A DNA stretch of 64,000 bases from an uncultured Candidatus Bathyarchaeia archaeon. Its GTDB lineage: Archaea; Thermoproteota; CALKCG01; B24; JAWCPE01. Numbering within the stretch: the stretch's first letter is position 1; every line of letters starts with the position of its first letter. The notes under the pieces are model-generated. The model was not told the DNA's origin. It was given only the letters and a program-made list of their open reading frames with translations, and searched no databases. The DNA lies in NCBI GenBank assembly GCA_964427455.1, contig CAYRUY010000001.1:87726-151725 (forward strand), read 5' to 3'. This document shows, piece by piece, positions 18,995 through 28,401 of the stretch. Both the position numbers and the translations under genes were made by a program.

Positions 18995-19165
18995 GAGCCC
19001 ACCCGAGCTTGTTCGTATCTCCGCCTAGGGTTCTGTCTTCGGGCCCGCGACCATGTGAAAGTGCTCGCATACTTAAGCCTGTCCTCAACTGGCCTAGCTA
19101 GTTCATAACCTGACGCATGCCTGGGCATCGTCTGCTCGTTTGATAGTACGAACCTCTCAGGCTCC
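18995..19165. repeat. conserved intergenic element, copy R2 (paralogous to 11068-11240)
   Basis: Same conserved blocks as R1. The palindromic hairpin atgcc-tg-ggcat has a covarying loop relative to R1 (atgcc-ta-ggcat). No intact tRNA follows. Confidence 0.55.
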
Positions 19166-19259
19166 TAGGCTGCATGGTGATCCCTCACAAGGCTGTACGC
19201 GTCCAGGACCCGAGTGCTGAAGTTCCGCATCTAGAGCTTGATCTTCTGCGATTCCTACC

Positions 19260-20276
19260 TCACGATTGCTCCAGGGCCCCGTAGGCTTCTGAGAAGACCG
19301 GTATCCTCCTTCCGACCTCGGTTCCGTGTGAGTTCAGGACGGCGGGGTCACAGTACTTCCTCAGCTTCTCGAGCTCACCTTCTTCTAGGGCTCCGATCTT
19401 CCTGAGCGTCTCTATCGCTGCGATGCTCACAGCCTCGAAGTTTCCATCCTCGCACTTCACCGCCACTCCCAGTCCCTTCGAGAACAGGGCGATGGAGATG
19501 AGGCCTGCTGCGCCCGTCTTGGCTACCAGCTTTCTCCCAGAGTATCTCATCAAGTCTGTGTCGATAGCGCCGCTCGTAGGCGAGACCATCTCGGGATGAG
19601 CCCTCATCGCGTCCACGATCTTCCGTACTGCTAAGCGTCTTCTTCCATCGAGCGAGTCTTGGTCCGCGATCCTAGCGTAGATCCTGGCTATCGAGCTAAG
19701 CGGCAACCCGAAGGTGGGCACACCGCATCCGTCGACTCCAACCTTGATCCGGTCTTCTTCCATGTCTGAAAGCTCGGAGATGACCTTCAGGACACTCCTT
19801 TGAACATGATGGTCGGCTTGAAGGTAGCTTTCCACAGGCCAGCCCATCTGCTGCGAGTAGAGCAGCATCCCCGCATGTTGCCCCGAACAGCCATGCGTTA
19901 TGGCCTCTTCCCCCACAGGGCCTGTCTTGATCGCGGTCATCGGCAAGCCGATCTTGGACAGGATCCCTTTCACAGCTTCGACATGCACCCTCTCGCCTCC
20001 ATGTGAGCCTGTGATCACCGCCAACTCGGTCTCAGTCAGCTGGAACCGTTCGGTTGCCCCGCTCTCAGCAACGGGTATCGCCTGGATCGGTTTTCCAGAG
20101 GAGCGGAGATATAGGACGCGGTCCGTGTTCCCCGTAGAGCACACGAGGTTGCCGTAAGTGTCTGCGACGGCTACGGCTCCACGGTGGGTGTTCTCCACAA
20201 CCGACCCCCTCGTAACGTACACGAGTACGTCTTTGCTCAAGCGGCCGCCTCCAGGGTGTGATGCCCTTCGAGGCAC
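19260..20276 (-). CDS. L-asparaginase II family protein (Rhizobium-type, PF06089-like)
   Basis: N-terminal RGSVVENTHRGAVAV and overall length resemble the AnsA-type asparaginase II family. Tentative. Confidence 0.45.
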   Translation of the reverse strand: MPRRASHPGGGRLSKDVLVYVTRGSVVENTHRGAVAVADTYGNLVCSTGNTDRVLYLRSSGKPIQAIPVAESGATERFQLTETELAVITGSHGGERVHVEAVKGILSKIGLPMTAIKTGPVGEEAITHGCSGQHAGMLLYSQQMGWPVESYLQADHHVQRSVLKVISELSDMEEDRIKVGVDGCGVPTFGLPLSSIARIYARIADQDSLDGRRRLAVRKIVDAMRAHPEMVSPTSGAIDTDLMRYSGRKLVAKTGAAGLISIALFSKGLGVAVKCEDGNFEAVSIAAIETLRKIGALEEGELEKLRKYCDPAVLNSHGTEVGRRIPVFSEAYGALEQS

Positions 20277-20373
20277 TAGTCAGCGTCCATATAAGGCTTC
20301 GCGGGCTTGGTGGAGAAACAGGGCGCGAATGACGGGTGCGAGGTCCATATGTTAACTCTCTCTGCACAATCGG

Positions 20374-21447
20374 GTGAAGCTGCCCGGTTTGAGCCGAACA
20401 GATGAGCAGAGCCTAGGGCAGCGCTTAAATGCTCTCAGCCCGTTCCCTGTAACTGGGCTTCAGGATTTGATAGCGCCAGTGCTGAAAGACGCTCTGCTCT
20501 ACGCGAACCTCATCCTGATGTTGACGGTTGGCTTCACCTTGGCCTATCTGACGGCGAAGATACCGAACTTCTCTCACGGTACGCTTGCGGGTATAGGCGT
20601 CTACCTAGTCTTCTCCTTCACCAGGCTTTTCAAGCTGAACCCGTATCTAGCCATGCCGGTAGCCTTCCTCGTAGGCGGAGCAGTAGGCGTGTTCATCTAT
20701 CGCTTCGTCATCGGCACCCTGAGGAAACATGGGGCAACAGCCATCTCTCTCTCCATCGCAACGTTGGCTGTTGAGCTCATCGTTCTCGCAGTCCTGAACA
20801 TCTATGCAGACTATATCACGATTCTTTACGGTCATCTACCGATGATGTTTGCACGGATCTTCCTGCTTTCGGGGGTGGACTTTAAGTTCATGGACCTCCC
20901 CGGGGTCCTCATCGTATCAACGGCGATCATCGTGTTCCTAGTTGTGGGCCTACACCTGATGCTGACTAGGACAAGATTTGGCATCTCGATGAGGGCGACA
21001 GTCGAGGACCCGTCCCTTGCCTCCATTCTTGGCACGAATGTAGAGCTGGTCTCTACCATCTCGTGGCTCCTTACCGGTGGCTTGGCAGGCCTAGCGGGCG
21101 CTATGCTTCCGCTCTGGTTCCAAGGTGACCCCTACACGGGCGGCAGGATGATGACCAGTGTCTTCGCCGCCAGCGTACTAGGAGGCTTATCGAGCATCTA
21201 CGGCGCTATGCTAGGAGGCTATCTCATAGGCCTGATCGAGATCCTCGGAACTGCAGGCTTGGTCAGTGTCTTTGGCCTGTGGATCGCTTCCTACAGGATG
21301 CTGATACCGCTTGTGATCCTCTCTCTGGTCCTGCTTAAGGCCCCAGGAGGTATAGTTGGGCTCATCCAATCACTTCGGACTTGGATCTCGAGCAAAAGGG
21401 CAGCATCATCCCCCCAGCAAGGGAGGTCAGAGGCACGATTCCCCTAG
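20374..21447 (+). CDS. branched-chain amino acid ABC transporter permease (LivH-like)
   Basis: Multi-TM. VGFTLAYLTAKIPNFSHG fits the LivH N-terminal pattern. Confidence 0.7.
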   Translation: MKLPGLSRTDEQSLGQRLNALSPFPVTGLQDLIAPVLKDALLYANLILMLTVGFTLAYLTAKIPNFSHGTLAGIGVYLVFSFTRLFKLNPYLAMPVAFLVGGAVGVFIYRFVIGTLRKHGATAISLSIATLAVELIVLAVLNIYADYITILYGHLPMMFARIFLLSGVDFKFMDLPGVLIVSTAIIVFLVVGLHLMLTRTRFGISMRATVEDPSLASILGTNVELVSTISWLLTGGLAGLAGAMLPLWFQGDPYTGGRMMTSVFAASVLGGLSSIYGAMLGGYLIGLIEILGTAGLVSVFGLWIASYRMLIPLVILSLVLLKAPGGIVGLIQSLRTWISSKRAASSPQQGRSEARFP

Positions 21448-22601
21448 ATCTCTTAACGGGCTGGATCATAGACCTCTCAACCTTCTTCGCCCTTTACCTG
21501 ATAGTGGTCGTCGCCCTTAACCTGCAGTATGGATACGCGGGTATCCCCAATTTCGGGCTGGCCCTCTCGGTTGCAGGCGGGGCCTACGTAACGGGCGCTC
21601 TGACCGGGAGGATAGCCATGATGGTCTATGGTGTAGGAAAAGGATTGGATTTCATGCTTGACAACAACCAGATAACGGCCTCGCTCAACGCGATTTTAGT
21701 AAAAGACCCATGGGGTGGAGTAGCTATCTTCCTTCTCATCGTTCTGATAGCTGGTACGCTTAACGCTGGGCTAGGCTTCGTAGCATCCTATCCGGCCATC
21801 AGGCTGAAAGCCGAATACCTCATCATGGTGCTGATAGCCATGGCAGAAGGCATAAGGGTCATCGGAATAAACTACTACCCGCTCGTAGGCGGAACCTTCT
21901 GGGTTTCCGTGCCCGATCTCTTCGCCTGGATGGGCAGCATGAGGACCATCGGTTTAACGCTCATCATCTTCGCTTTCGCCATCGTCATGTTCCTTGTAGC
22001 CCAAGGCATGGCCACGTCGCCCTTCGGGAGGGTCATTAAGGCGATGCGAGACAACGAGGTTGCAGCAGAATGCGTAGGGAAGGATGTTGTGGGGCTGAAG
22101 ATCAGGATGATGGTTCTCGGCGCGGTGATAGCATCCATTGCCGGGGTGCTTAACGCCTTCCAGACCCAGGCTGTTCTCTCCTCCGCTTACACGAGGACGG
22201 ACTGGACTTTCTGGCCCTGGCTCATGCTCATGGTAGGAGGGAGAGCTAACAATATAGGCTCCGCCGTGGGCGCATCCACGGTCATCACGGCCAGAAGACT
22301 GATAGTATTCTTCAAACACGACCTCCAGCCATTCATTCCGTTCTCTGTCGTCTGGCTTGAGCAGATACTGCTCGGAACCTTCCTGATCATCGTGATGATG
22401 GTAAGGCCTCAAGGCCTGATACCGGAGAAGCCTACACGTATGAGAGGCTTCAAACCCACGAAGACTGCAGGGAGACTCGACAAGCTCCGCAAGCTCGCCA
22501 CGGGACTCCAGAGAGAACGTGGAAAGCAGGCTCCTGAAGCGCCGGCCGATACTGGCAGACCAACAGCCCCAGTGGCTTCACAGGAGAAGCTTTCTCGCTG
22601 A
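21381..22601 (+). CDS. branched-chain amino acid ABC transporter permease (LivM-like)
   Basis: LNLQYGYAGIPNFGLALSVAGGAYVTG fits LivM. The start is probably downstream of the called one. Confidence 0.7.
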   Translation: MDLEQKGSIIPPAREVRGTIPLDLLTGWIIDLSTFFALYLIVVVALNLQYGYAGIPNFGLALSVAGGAYVTGALTGRIAMMVYGVGKGLDFMLDNNQITASLNAILVKDPWGGVAIFLLIVLIAGTLNAGLGFVASYPAIRLKAEYLIMVLIAMAEGIRVIGINYYPLVGGTFWVSVPDLFAWMGSMRTIGLTLIIFAFAIVMFLVAQGMATSPFGRVIKAMRDNEVAAECVGKDVVGLKIRMMVLGAVIASIAGVLNAFQTQAVLSSAYTRTDWTFWPWLMLMVGGRANNIGSAVGASTVITARRLIVFFKHDLQPFIPFSVVWLEQILLGTFLIIVMMVRPQGLIPEKPTRMRGFKPTKTAGRLDKLRKLATGLQRERGKQAPEAPADTGRPTAPVASQEKLSR

Positions 22602-22713
22602 CTTCACAGAGACAGCCGCGCAAGGGTAGCCGGTGCCCTAGGTTTGGTTCAAGATGAAAAAGGGGGTTCGCCGCAGGGAGCCCCTTAATAGCCTAGTGGG
22701 GCTTCGCGGCTGC

Positions 22714-24027
22714 TTAGACCACTTTTATGTACCAGGTAACCTTCTCTGTGGTTGAGTCCCACATCCCTGATCTTCGCCAGACCACGGTGCCGTTCTCAAC
22801 CACCGTCGACCATAGTTCGAAGCTGCCGCCTGCCTTGTCACCGATATCGTTCAGCTTAGACCATCCAGCGGGCCCAAAGTACTGGTCAGCAACTGTCGGG
22901 ATAGCATTCTTTATCGCCTCGCCGTCGTACGTGCCTGCTTCGAGTACAGCCTTTGCTATCAGCCAGACGCCGTCGTAGATGAAGGCGGTGTAGGAGATCG
23001 GGATAAGTCCACCCGTCTGGTTCATGTAGTTCTGCGCGAAGGAGAACCACTTGCTTGACTCAGTCACACCTAGGACCATGGTGACGTACGTCATGTTCCC
23101 TGCGACATCTGGCAGCTCCTGTATGAGCCTTGTAGAGCGTCCGTAGCCGTCAGAGCCGAACCAGATGGCCTTCATCAGAATGGGGTAATCGGCGACCGCG
23201 CGGAAGATGACGACGTGCTCATCGAACATCCAAGCCGCCACGGCAACATGGCCTTCACCGTACTGCTGTGTAGCACTGGTCACCGCGTCTGCTAGAGCCC
23301 TTACCTCAGCTGAGAACTCTGTTTTCTCGCCGTCATACCTGATCCGATCAACCACCACGCCACCTCGTGCCTCAAAGTGCTTCTTGATGTACTCGTAGTT
23401 GCCGTCTCCCCACGCGTCTGCCCTCTGGACGACGACTATCGCCTTGATGCCGATCGCTGACATCACGCCGGACAATGCGATGTTCTGTGTGTCATCCGTC
23501 ACGGGCAACCTGAAGAGGTAACCCCTGTCCGGATAGGCCAGCAGAGGAGATGTAGAGCCGTCGCTGACAACCACGATCTTGTGCTCGTTGGCGTAGGGTA
23601 GGATGGCCTTGCACATGCCGCTCCAGTTAGGCCCGACGATGGCTTTGATGCCCCTTGCTGCCATGCCTTGGAACTTCTCAAGGGCGGTTGTGGGCGAAGT
23701 CTGGGCTTCCTCAGGGTACAGCTTAAACGTCACATTGAGCCCTATCTGCTTAGTGTAGCTGTTGACCTCCTCGATGGCTATCTCGGCGGGAACCATGGCA
23801 TCTCTTGTCGCTGAGCCCGCCAGGATGTAACCGATGGGTATCTCGCCGCTCAAGGCGGGCACAGGTACCTCAACGCGCTTTTCAACAGGCACTTCGACGC
23901 GTTTCTCGACCTCCTTGATCTTCTCCGGTGCCATCATGTAGCCTAGGCCATAGCCGACTGCAGATCCGACTATTAGGAGTGCTATCGCTAGCGCAATGGC
24001 TTTTGTTCCAATCTGTGACATCTGCAC
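22714..24027 (-). CDS. Liv-type periplasmic-binding-protein family substrate-binding protein, N-terminal TM anchor
   Basis: Type I PBP fold pattern (PF13458-like), anchored N-terminus. Lies within the Liv transporter locus. Confidence 0.65.
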   Translation of the reverse strand: MQMSQIGTKAIALAIALLIVGSAVGYGLGYMMAPEKIKEVEKRVEVPVEKRVEVPVPALSGEIPIGYILAGSATRDAMVPAEIAIEEVNSYTKQIGLNVTFKLYPEEAQTSPTTALEKFQGMAARGIKAIVGPNWSGMCKAILPYANEHKIVVVSDGSTSPLLAYPDRGYLFRLPVTDDTQNIALSGVMSAIGIKAIVVVQRADAWGDGNYEYIKKHFEARGGVVVDRIRYDGEKTEFSAEVRALADAVTSATQQYGEGHVAVAAWMFDEHVVIFRAVADYPILMKAIWFGSDGYGRSTRLIQELPDVAGNMTYVTMVLGVTESSKWFSFAQNYMNQTGGLIPISYTAFIYDGVWLIAKAVLEAGTYDGEAIKNAIPTVADQYFGPAGWSKLNDIGDKAGGSFELWSTVVENGTVVWRRSGMWDSTTEKVTWYIKVV

Positions 24028-24126
24028 ACCTTTAAAACAATGGCTCAGCTGTCTGAAAATAAAAGCCTTTCGCTTTCTTGTCTAAAACGTCCGTGTACAC
24101 GTGCACAATAGAAAAGTTTATGCGTT

Positions 24127-24918
24127 ATGACATTGACCTCAGAGGCGGAGAGGGTGGCGCTGGAGACAGTCCTCACTGTCAAGGAGCTCACGAAGAGCTT
24201 CGGAAGCCTGAAGGCTGTGGACAACGTGTCTTTGGAGTTGCCGAAGGGTAAGATCGCGTTGTTGATGGGGCCGAACGGGAGCGGAAAGACAACGTTGCTC
24301 AACTGCATCTCGGGCGTCTACAAGCCCGATGGTGGCCAGGTGATCTATAAGGGAACAGACATAACGGGAAAGCCTCCTCACGAGATCGCAGACATGGGCT
24401 GCGTGAGGACGTTCCAGATCCCACTGCCATTCCTGTCGTTGACAGTCTTGGAGAACCTGCTTGTCAGCCACAGGGGGAACCCAGGCGAAGGTATCGCTCG
24501 TTGCCTACTCAAAGGAACGTGGTTTGACGAAGAGAAGGACGCCGTTGAGAACGCGTCCAGGGTCCTCAAACTGCTCGTGCTCGAACACCTTGGCGATTCC
24601 CCGGCTAGCTCCCTGAGCGGCGGGCAGCTGAAGCTGTTGGAGGTTGGGAGGGCCTTGATGACAGAGGCTGAGACGATCCTCATGGACGAGCCTGCAGGCA
24701 GTGTGAACCCCATGCTTGCTCACGAGATCTTCAGCCATATCAAAGGGCTTAGGGACAGGCTGGGCCTAAGCTTCCTCATAGTTGAGCACAGACTAGATAT
24801 CGCCACGGAATACATTGATGAGATCTGCGCCATGGCTAATGGCAGGGTCCTATGCAGGGGCCTGCCACATGAGGTCTTCAGCCATCCCGAAGTGATCGAG
24901 TCCTACCTTGGTGAGTAA
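24127..24918 (+). CDS. ABC transporter ATP-binding protein (LivG-like)
   Basis: GPNGSGKTTLLNCISG, LSGGQLKLLEVGRAL, ILMDEPAG. Confidence 0.8.
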   Translation: MTLTSEAERVALETVLTVKELTKSFGSLKAVDNVSLELPKGKIALLMGPNGSGKTTLLNCISGVYKPDGGQVIYKGTDITGKPPHEIADMGCVRTFQIPLPFLSLTVLENLLVSHRGNPGEGIARCLLKGTWFDEEKDAVENASRVLKLLVLEHLGDSPASSLSGGQLKLLEVGRALMTEAETILMDEPAGSVNPMLAHEIFSHIKGLRDRLGLSFLIVEHRLDIATEYIDEICAMANGRVLCRGLPHEVFSHPEVIESYLGE

Positions 24919-25627
24919 TTTGATCGAGGTCGTCAAGCTAAACGCGGGCTATGGAAAGATCCCCGTGCTGTACGACGTCTCCTTCTCAGCTGGAGACAAG
25001 GAGATCACGGTTGTGGTGGGACCCAACGGGAGCGGCAAGTCAACGCTCCTGAAGTCCGTAATGGGCTTGACGACCACGTACTCCGGAACGGTGAAGCTAG
25101 ACGGTGAGGATATCACGAAGCTGCGCCCGGACCAAAGGGCGAAGCGAGGAGTAGCCTATCTTCCGCAGCTCGGCAGCGTATTCACCGCTCTCTCCGTGTC
25201 GGAAAACTTGACCATGGCAGGCCTGACGCTTGGCAAGAAGGAAGCAGGCGAGAGAGCAACCGCCGCTTTAGAGACCTTCCCTATCCTGAAGGGGTACACA
25301 AACAGGAAGGCTATTACGCTCAGCGGCGGCGAGAGACAGATGCTCGCCATGGCAATGGCTCTCATAATGAGGCCTAAGGTGATTCTGTTCGATGAGCCGA
25401 CTGGGAACCTCTCACCTAAGCTGGCGACTGAGATATTCAGCAAGATCGTGGAGCTTCGTGATTCCCTCGGCTTAGGGATAATCCTCGTTGAGCAGAGCGC
25501 TAAGAAGGCCCTAGAGATAGGGGATAGAGCATATCTACTTGTGACGGGAAAGACGGCGTTTGAGGGAAAGGCCGCAGACCTACTCAGCCACCCGGAGCTT
25601 GGCAAGATCTACTTGGGAGTTAGGTAG
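24908..25627 (+). CDS. ABC transporter ATP-binding protein (LivF-like)
   Basis: GPNGSGKSTLLKSVMG, LSGGERQMLAMAMAL, ILFDEPTGNLSP. Confidence 0.8.
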   Translation: MVSNLIEVVKLNAGYGKIPVLYDVSFSAGDKEITVVVGPNGSGKSTLLKSVMGLTTTYSGTVKLDGEDITKLRPDQRAKRGVAYLPQLGSVFTALSVSENLTMAGLTLGKKEAGERATAALETFPILKGYTNRKAITLSGGERQMLAMAMALIMRPKVILFDEPTGNLSPKLATEIFSKIVELRDSLGLGIILVEQSAKKALEIGDRAYLLVTGKTAFEGKAADLLSHPELGKIYLGVR

Positions 25628-25749
25628 ACCCCACTCAAGAGGTCGAGAAGCCTTCATTCGTAATCAGGACACCGGGTCCACGGTTCTCCATCACTGCCTT
25701 GCCCCGAATGCATATGTACTAGTGAGCATCCCATCTGCTGCCACAGCGG

Positions 25750-26697
25750 GTGTGCATCTTGAAGGCTTCCATCATGGCCACATGGCCCTTCGGGGAGAAA
25801 GCCGCCTCGGTCGGCATGGCAGTGCTGAAAAGGGGCGGGTCTGCCCTAGATGCTATTGAGGAATCCATCAAAGCCATAGAGGATGATCCAACCATCCTAG
25901 GGGTTGGACTCGGCGGTCTGCCAAACCTCGACGGCGTGTCTGAACTGGACGCCTCGATCATGGATGGCGGAACCCTTAGGGCGGGGGCCGTCGGCGGCCT
26001 AAGGAGCATCAGACATCCCATCTCGGTAGCCAGGAAGGTTATGGAGTTGACACCTCACATCCTCCTGATAGGGGAGGGAGCCCTCTCCTTCGCCAAGACC
26101 TGCGGCTTCAAGGAAGAGCAGGTCTGGAAACCGGATGCTCTGGAGCAATGGAAGCAGATCCGAGGGGTACTCGAGAAAGGCGACCTTACAGAGCTTGAGG
26201 AGATGGAGGAATATGCTAGGAGCATTTCCGCGCTCCTTCGCTCCAGGCCGAAGCTTGCGGGCACCGTCAGCGTCGTGGCCTTGGACAGGGAGGGAAGCAT
26301 GGTGGCGGGGAACTCCACGACGGGCCTAGCCCTGAAGCTGCCCGGGCGCGTAGGCGACTCAGCCATCGTGGGCGCCGGGATCTACGCCGACAACAGGGTA
26401 GGCGGCGCATCCACAACAGGGGTAGGTGAGATCGCGATCTCTCATCTTCTCTCGAAGAGAGTCTGTGACCTCATGAGGGAAGGCTCCAGCCCTGAGAAGG
26501 CGGCGTGGAAGGGGGTTGCTGAGACAATCTGGCCCGGAGGCTACCAGGGCTCCATATGCGTTATGGCGCTCGACAGGAATGGCAACTACGGCGCGGCCAC
26601 CTCGAGCAAGAGAGGTTTCCCATACGCCTACTTCAGCGAGGATATGGAAGAGCCACAGATGCTGGAGGCGCCTATCGTCGCAGGGAAGACGCCTTAG
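25750..26697 (+). CDS. isoaspartyl peptidase / L-asparaginase (Ntn-hydrolase, plant-type)
   Basis: GTVSVVALD...GNSTTGLALKLPGRVGDSAIVGAGIYAD contains the autoproteolytic Thr and the GRVGDS motif. Confidence 0.8.
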   Translation: MCILKASIMATWPFGEKAASVGMAVLKRGGSALDAIEESIKAIEDDPTILGVGLGGLPNLDGVSELDASIMDGGTLRAGAVGGLRSIRHPISVARKVMELTPHILLIGEGALSFAKTCGFKEEQVWKPDALEQWKQIRGVLEKGDLTELEEMEEYARSISALLRSRPKLAGTVSVVALDREGSMVAGNSTTGLALKLPGRVGDSAIVGAGIYADNRVGGASTTGVGEIAISHLLSKRVCDLMREGSSPEKAAWKGVAETIWPGGYQGSICVMALDRNGNYGAATSSKRGFPYAYFSEDMEEPQMLEAPIVAGKTP

Positions 26698-26716
26698 ACA
26701 GACGTCGTCGCATGCC

Positions 26717-28324
26717 TCATCTCACTAGCATAAGGCATCGATGCGGCGGATTGGAGTAAGCCCCTGAGGGCTTCGCACGAGGTGAAGCAGCCTTGCTGCC
26801 TCTCTTCCATGTATAGAAGCCCAGGGCAAACGCCAGGGACACCGCGACGCCGATCAGCAGGTAGAGACTCCAATCCCCGGACTGAGGAGGGGACGGTTTC
26901 ACAACGGTCTCGGCAAGCTCGTCGGAGACAGTGTAGGCTCGGTCGAGCCAAGCGTTGACGAACTCGTTCACAACGCGTTCACCGTCCTCATACTGCTCCT
27001 TCTCGATCAGGCTTAGAGCCTGGCGCTCAACGTCAGCAGCCTTGCTCCTCTCCTCTGCGAAGAGTTTGTCCCAGCGCTCGCGGACGCGTGGCTGGCGTTC
27101 AGCGTAGTCCTCGTCAACAACGTTTTGGAGGCGCTTGAGCCGCCACCAGGCAGACTCCGATTCGTAACCTGACATGTCCTTCGCTCCGACACCGGTCAGA
27201 TAGGGCTTTGGGATCGCGGAGGTAGATGCGTACACAGGGGTGAAGAGGCTGGTGCAAGGCGTGCTCATGCCGTACCAGATCAGCTGCAGTTGCCTGGGCA
27301 GCCATGATCTGAGGTAGGCCACCATCGCTGCGACTGTCTGCTTGCAGCAGATCGTTCTATACTCGCTGTTGCTGTGCGGCGGTCGCGTGTACATATCCGT
27401 GCCTTCATAATGGTCCCTTAGCACTCCCATCATGTCGCTCAGCGTGATGTTGCCCGCCTTTGCACCCAGGATCTGCCGGGCACGCACGTAGCGTGTCTGC
27501 GAACTCCCATAGGGGTATCCGCGCATTGAGTAACACTTGGCGAAGCTGAAGTCCTGCGCCGAATTGCACCAGCCTTGTTCAATGGCGTACTCGACCAGCC
27601 CGGGGCTGGCAGCATCCCAGTGAGTCGTTATCTGGAACTGGTTCGCCCTCACCTCGGAGCCGTCTGTGACCCTGATCGCGGCCCAGTGGTGGCCGGCCCC
27701 TTCGAGTATCCAGCACTCGTGTGCGTCAGCGACCCAGTAGACCTGGCCCACGTGAGAGTGGCCGTACTGCTCCAGCAGCGCGCCGGCAAGGCTCATCCCC
27801 TCATAGGCTGTCTTCGACCGTTCGAGTATGAGCCTGCAGATGTCGTTGTCATGCAGCCCGTCGATTCCTTCAAGCAGCTCCCTCGTCGGCGCATCGTTGT
27901 CTGCCACTGCGACGCCCCATTCGTTGATGCCCATGCCTACGCCCCACTTCAACTCGTGCGACTTCGATCCAACCCATGCCCAAGTCACGTTGGCCTGCGG
28001 TATCTCGATGTACTGAAGCTGGACCTGTGAGCCGGCCGGGTGCTCCTTGCGCGGCGAGTAGTACAGCCACTGAGCCTCAAACTCTTCTAGGTCGCGGTTT
28101 TTAGCGAGGATGACGGAGCCATCAGAGGTCGCGTTTCCCGCCGCCACAAGCGTTGTGCATCCCTCGTAGGCATCCTCCACACCCGCAGACTGATCTTGGC
28201 GCGACCCCCCGAAGATGAGGACTCCACTGGCATGCAGACTACCCTCTACTGGAAGCGCCGAGACCAAGATAACGGAGAAGAACACCACCAGGAGGTTCTT
28301 CACGGGTACCGTCCTTATACTCAA
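26717..28324 (-). CDS. peptidase C69 family (dipeptidase-like Ntn hydrolase), secreted, C-terminal TM anchor
   Basis: After the signal peptide, GCTTLVAAGNATSDGSVILAKNRD matches the C69 N-terminal catalytic Cys motif. C-terminal hydrophobic anchor. Confidence 0.6.
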   Translation of the reverse strand: MSIRTVPVKNLLVVFFSVILVSALPVEGSLHASGVLIFGGSRQDQSAGVEDAYEGCTTLVAAGNATSDGSVILAKNRDLEEFEAQWLYYSPRKEHPAGSQVQLQYIEIPQANVTWAWVGSKSHELKWGVGMGINEWGVAVADNDAPTRELLEGIDGLHDNDICRLILERSKTAYEGMSLAGALLEQYGHSHVGQVYWVADAHECWILEGAGHHWAAIRVTDGSEVRANQFQITTHWDAASPGLVEYAIEQGWCNSAQDFSFAKCYSMRGYPYGSSQTRYVRARQILGAKAGNITLSDMMGVLRDHYEGTDMYTRPPHSNSEYRTICCKQTVAAMVAYLRSWLPRQLQLIWYGMSTPCTSLFTPVYASTSAIPKPYLTGVGAKDMSGYESESAWWRLKRLQNVVDEDYAERQPRVRERWDKLFAEERSKAADVERQALSLIEKEQYEDGERVVNEFVNAWLDRAYTVSDELAETVVKPSPPQSGDWSLYLLIGVAVSLAFALGFYTWKRGSKAASPRAKPSGAYSNPPHRCLMLVR

Positions 28325-28401
28325 GGGACTAGCCTCGCATAGGTACTGTCCCTGCGATGCTTTAGTGCTTACTGTAGAGCCCCTGCCTTGCCTGCTGGGG
28401 C

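Noticed and set aside
11068-19165. R1/R2 as attL/attR of an integrated element spanning the transporter-deoC region
   Set aside because: The repeats are only about 70% identical rather than exact. No integrase, replication or virion genes lie between them. The intervening genes are housekeeping salvage functions with native composition.
22655-22690. Hairpin aagggggttcgccgcagggagcccctt between convergent Liv permease and binding-protein genes as a terminator
   Set aside because: There is no oligo-T tract typical of archaeal terminators. It was noted only as a possible structure.
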